A DNA stretch of 63,823 bases, filler included. It is 5 parts of 5 records of this genome, joined end to end, with 100 filler letters (N's around TTAATTAATTAA, not from the genome) between each part and the next. Parts side by side here need not be neighbours in the genome. Positions count along the whole stretch, not along the records: positions 57,585 to 63,823 come from DRR378314_1370; 4 more parts are not named here. One strand, written 5' to 3'. A program made the translations under genes and the position numbers. This document shows, piece by piece, positions 57,641 to 63,823 of this stretch (its first letter is position 1; each line of letters begins with the position of its first letter). The notes under the pieces are model-generated. The model saw only the letters and a list, made by a program, of their open reading frames with translations, did not search any database and had not been told where the DNA came from.

Positions 57641-59527
57641 TTAACCGCCCATTTTCATATCTAATATCGGCGCGAGTAAATTCCCGTCACGGCCCATACG
57701 AGTGTGGTATACCTGACGATAAGCGAATACATTTTTTACGTAATTACGTGTTTCACGATACGGAATCAGCTCTACCCACAACTCAGCTGGCATTGCGTCA
57801 TCAGGTATCCATCGTTTAATGCGGTGGTAACCTGCATTATAAGATGCGGTTGCGAGTACTTCGTTACCCTTATTTTTCTTTTTTAAATATCCCAAGTATT
57901 CCGTGCCTAAACGAATATTTGTTTGGGGGTGATTTAAGCGCCGACTTGAAACTGTGCTTTTATTCACATATTTAGCAGTACTTGGTAATAATTGCATTAA
58001 ACCACGTGCATTAGCGTGTGAACGTGCATCGGGCGCAAATGAGCTTTCTCGACGTGAAATGGCAATACTCCAAGTAACATCTATGCGGTTGCGCTTGCTG
58101 TAACGTTCAAATAAGTCTTGAAACGCAAATGGAAACCGCAGCTCTACATAATCCCATGCTTTAATTTGCGCTAAGGTATAGATAGTACTGTCGTACCAAT
58201 CAAGTTCTGCCGCGAGTTTTGATGCCGCTAACTTCTCTTTTTCGCTAGAAGTACGCGTTAAATAATTCCACTCTCGACGTGCAGACGTATAACGCTCAAG
58301 TTCATAAAGTGCTTTTGCACGTTTAAAGCCTGGCGCTTCAGCCACTTCATTGACCAACGTATCACTCACCTGCAAAGGTATTGTATTTAGTTGCACAGGT
58401 ATATTTAATCTCGCTGCTGCTAAAAAGCCATAGTAGTCACGTTCTTTTGCCACGGTTTGCCAAATTGCTTTTGCGCGATCTACATCACCACGCTGCTCTA
58501 AGCTATACGCTAACCAATATTGTTGACCAAGACTCAAATTCTCTTTGCCTGTGAAGAACGCAACAATGCCAGACCAATCTTGTGTTTTAAGCATGTTGCC
58601 TAGCTGCCATTGCATTAGCTTTCTATCTTGGCGTTCCTTAGGAACCTTATTTAACCAAAATCGTGCTTGCTCATGGCCACTCGACGCTAAAGACAAAGCA
58701 AACGTATAATAAACATCTGCTTTTTGCTCATCAGAGTAGTCAAACATCTTATCAAGCTTTTCCCACGCTTTAAGTGCTAAGTCTTTATCACGCCAAATTA
58801 GGCGCTTTACGCCATAGTGCGCAATTTCACCTTCTTTAACGGTTTTATTTTTATAACGATAAAGCCCAGCAGATGCACTTGGGTCACTTCTCACCTTGCG
58901 ATAGAGATCCGCTAAGTATTGCTCTTTTTTAGGCAATAACGTTTTTAAATAAGGCAGTAGGTTTCTGTCTCCGCCTTGCGCAGCTAAAGTAATTCTTTGC
59001 CAAATACGATCTTGGTTTAAATAACCTTTTTTACGCCACAAACTAAATAACGAATCGCACTCTTTGGGTTGTGACTTGCCAACGACCCACAAATCGCTTA
59101 TTTGATTAAGGATCGCCTTTTCTGGCGCGCCTAAATCAAGCTGATATTGCAAGTATGTACACGTTAATTCGTTATTGCTGGTCTTTTTATAATTATTTAT
59201 AAAAGTGGCTTTGCGGTTCGATTTACTCAAATACTTTAGCCATGCCTTACGTACAGGCCATTCGAGCGGCGTGTTTTGGTAAATGGTTAAGTAATTTTCT
59301 ATTTCAGTTTGGTGCTTAATGCTGGGGTGTCGTTGCCAATATGTCTTTTCAACATAAGGTTTTAAAGGATGGTCGAGTACACCCACCGCCTCTTTAAATT
59401 TGTTGTAGTTACTTGAGCGAGCTTGTTTCTCTGCGCTTAAAAAAGCGCTGTGTTCGTCATTGGCTTCGGCAGAAAGAAAAGGGAGAAATAATGCAGCTGC
59501 CGTCCAACCTAATAATTGTTTTTTCAT
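57641..59527 (-). CDS. slt: Soluble lytic murein transglycosylase (Slt70-like)
   Basis: Signal peptide; RDYYGFLAA; RRESSF, ARGLMQL, ASYNAG, IPYRETRNYVKNV. Confidence 0.95.
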   Translation of the reverse strand: MKKQLLGWTAAALFLPFLSAEANDEHSAFLSAEKQARSSNYNKFKEAVGVLDHPLKPYVEKTYWQRHPSIKHQTEIENYLTIYQNTPLEWPVRKAWLKYLSKSNRKATFINNYKKTSNNELTCTYLQYQLDLGAPEKAILNQISDLWVVGKSQPKECDSLFSLWRKKGYLNQDRIWQRITLAAQGGDRNLLPYLKTLLPKKEQYLADLYRKVRSDPSASAGLYRYKNKTVKEGEIAHYGVKRLIWRDKDLALKAWEKLDKMFDYSDEQKADVYYTFALSLASSGHEQARFWLNKVPKERQDRKLMQWQLGNMLKTQDWSGIVAFFTGKENLSLGQQYWLAYSLEQRGDVDRAKAIWQTVAKERDYYGFLAAARLNIPVQLNTIPLQVSDTLVNEVAEAPGFKRAKALYELERYTSARREWNYLTRTSSEKEKLAASKLAAELDWYDSTIYTLAQIKAWDYVELRFPFAFQDLFERYSKRNRIDVTWSIAISRRESSFAPDARSHANARGLMQLLPSTAKYVNKSTVSSRRLNHPQTNIRLGTEYLGYLKKKNKGNEVLATASYNAGYHRIKRWIPDDAMPAELWVELIPYRETRNYVKNVFAYRQVYHTRMGRDGNLLAPILDMKMGG

Positions 59528-59693
59528 GATGACCTTTAGAATTAAAAGTACTCAAAAATAAAAATATAAATTCAGCTAAAAACTTCGCCTACACCTTAGC
59601 ATCAAACCAGCTATATTTTAACCAGTAGTAACAGAGCATAGTAAATTTTTCGTTGCATTTTTTATTTAAAGCAAGCACACTGATTGAAATGCA

Positions 59694-59710
59694 AACTCAT
59701 CGTACCAGTC
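59694..59710 (+). promoter_or_regulatory. Candidate FadR operator upstream of fadBA
   Basis: 17-mer AACTCATCGTACCAGTC resembles the FadR consensus AACTGGTCnGACCAGTT, ~27 nt before fadB. Confidence 0.65.
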
Positions 59711-59737
59711 TTAGTTCACACACTAGGGAGAATAATA

Positions 59738-63071
<3,334 letters not shown>

Positions 63072-63116
63072 TTAGTAGCCCTCCTCTATAAAGAGGTTAT
63101 TTTTTTACTTGATGAC

Positions 63117-63147
63117 AAAAGGCAAAGAGTTTGACTCTTTGCCTTTT
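63117..63147. terminator. Bidirectional intrinsic terminator
   Basis: Perfect 14-bp stem AAAAGGCAAAGAGT-ttg-ACTCTTTGCCTTTT. Confidence 0.88.
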
Positions 63148-63380
63148 TATTTACCCTTAAAAAAGGCTAATTTACTAATCAAGAAATAAGACACTAAAGC
63201 CACCAGCCAACCACACCAAATAGATTTTACACCTGTAAGAATACTGGAAATAAATACACCATTTATTACAAAGTAAATGTACATGTCGTATTTGTTCAGC
63301 TGTTTAAACTTAATCAGAAAATGTATCGCTAAATTTAACAATGGTATCCATAGTAAAGAGTATTCTAACGCCATCGCCAT
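63147..63380 (-). CDS. Small hydrophobic hypothetical protein
   Basis: 77-aa AT-rich ORF with about three hydrophobic segments, ending at the terminator. Confidence 0.5.
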   Translation of the reverse strand: MAMALEYSLLWIPLLNLAIHFLIKFKQLNKYDMYIYFVINGVFISSILTGVKSIWCGWLVALVSYFLISKLAFFKGK

Positions 63381-63557
63381 TCCATGCTTTGATATAATTA
63401 AATGAAAATAACATTATTACGTTTACATAGCATCTTTGGGTACAATGTTAATCTATTTTCAACACGATAAGTGTTGTTACTTTATTTCTTAATTTGAGGC
63501 CGTTAAACTAGCGACCTTAAATTAATCATTAAGCGCCACTTGATAAGGTCTACCGCC

Positions 63558-63797
63558 ATGAGTTTTGATAACCCCGATCACCAATTAGACGCCATCGGCC
63601 TACGTTGCCCAGAGCCTGTCATGATGATCCGCGGTGCGGTGCGTAAAATGGCAGAAGGCGAAACCTTGCTCATCATCGCAGACGATCCCTCAACCACCCG
63701 CGACATCCCTAGTTTTTGCACGTTCATGGATCACACGTTAGTCGCCAAAGAAGTTGACGCCGTGCCGTATCGGTACTTGGTGAGGAAAGGATTGTAG
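63558..63797 (+). CDS. tusA: Sulfur carrier protein TusA
   Basis: [14 protein letters not shown]...[18 protein letters not shown]. Confidence 0.93.
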   Translation: MSFDNPDHQLDAIGLRCPEPVMMIRGAVRKMAEGETLLIIADDPSTTRDIPSFCTFMDHTLVAKEVDAVPYRYLVRKGL

Positions 63798-63823
63798 GTT
63801 GGGTTGAGTGAAACGAAACCCAA
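63794..63823 (+). repeat. GTAG-type REP element
   Basis: GTAG followed by the imperfect palindrome GTTGGGTT-gagtgaaacga-AACCCAA; the sequence ends inside it. Confidence 0.7.

Overview
This window is not one locus. It is five unrelated contigs joined by four identical artificial 100-nt linkers (44 N + TTAATTAATTAA + 44 N). (1) 1-20532 is a gene-dense eukaryote (protist-like, GT-AG introns). It carries a possible SCFD2/MIP3 Sec1-like gene fragment, a >2100-aa multidomain multi-pass membrane protein, a six-exon LOG-family gene, an F-box/LRR/cyclin-fold fusion and unknown spliced genes. (2) 20633-40062 is a Roseobacter-group alphaproteobacterium (guaB', rsmB-like, cckA, recA, alaS, typA, SMR, Lrp, class II GATase, icd, iscR-iscS-sufB) with recognisable CtrA, LexA and Irr boxes; its sufB looks chimeric. 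(3) 40163-47928 is a high-GC marine gammaproteobacterium, Alcanivorax-like (perM, tusA-like, bepA, nadA, and a photolyase/furan-fatty-acid-type cluster). (4) 48029-57484 is a eukaryotic IP3-receptor-family Ca2+ channel gene, truncated before the pore. (5) 57585-63823 is an AT-rich Pseudoalteromonas-like contig (slt, fadBA, tusA, GTAG REP). I found no rRNA, tRNA, CRISPR array or transposase. The best novelty candidates are eukaryotic: the F-box-LRR-cyclin fusion, the IP3R homologue lacking most IP3-binding residues, the intron-rich bacterial-type LOG gene and the giant receptor-like protein. All family and taxon calls come from motif recognition by eye, not from database searches.
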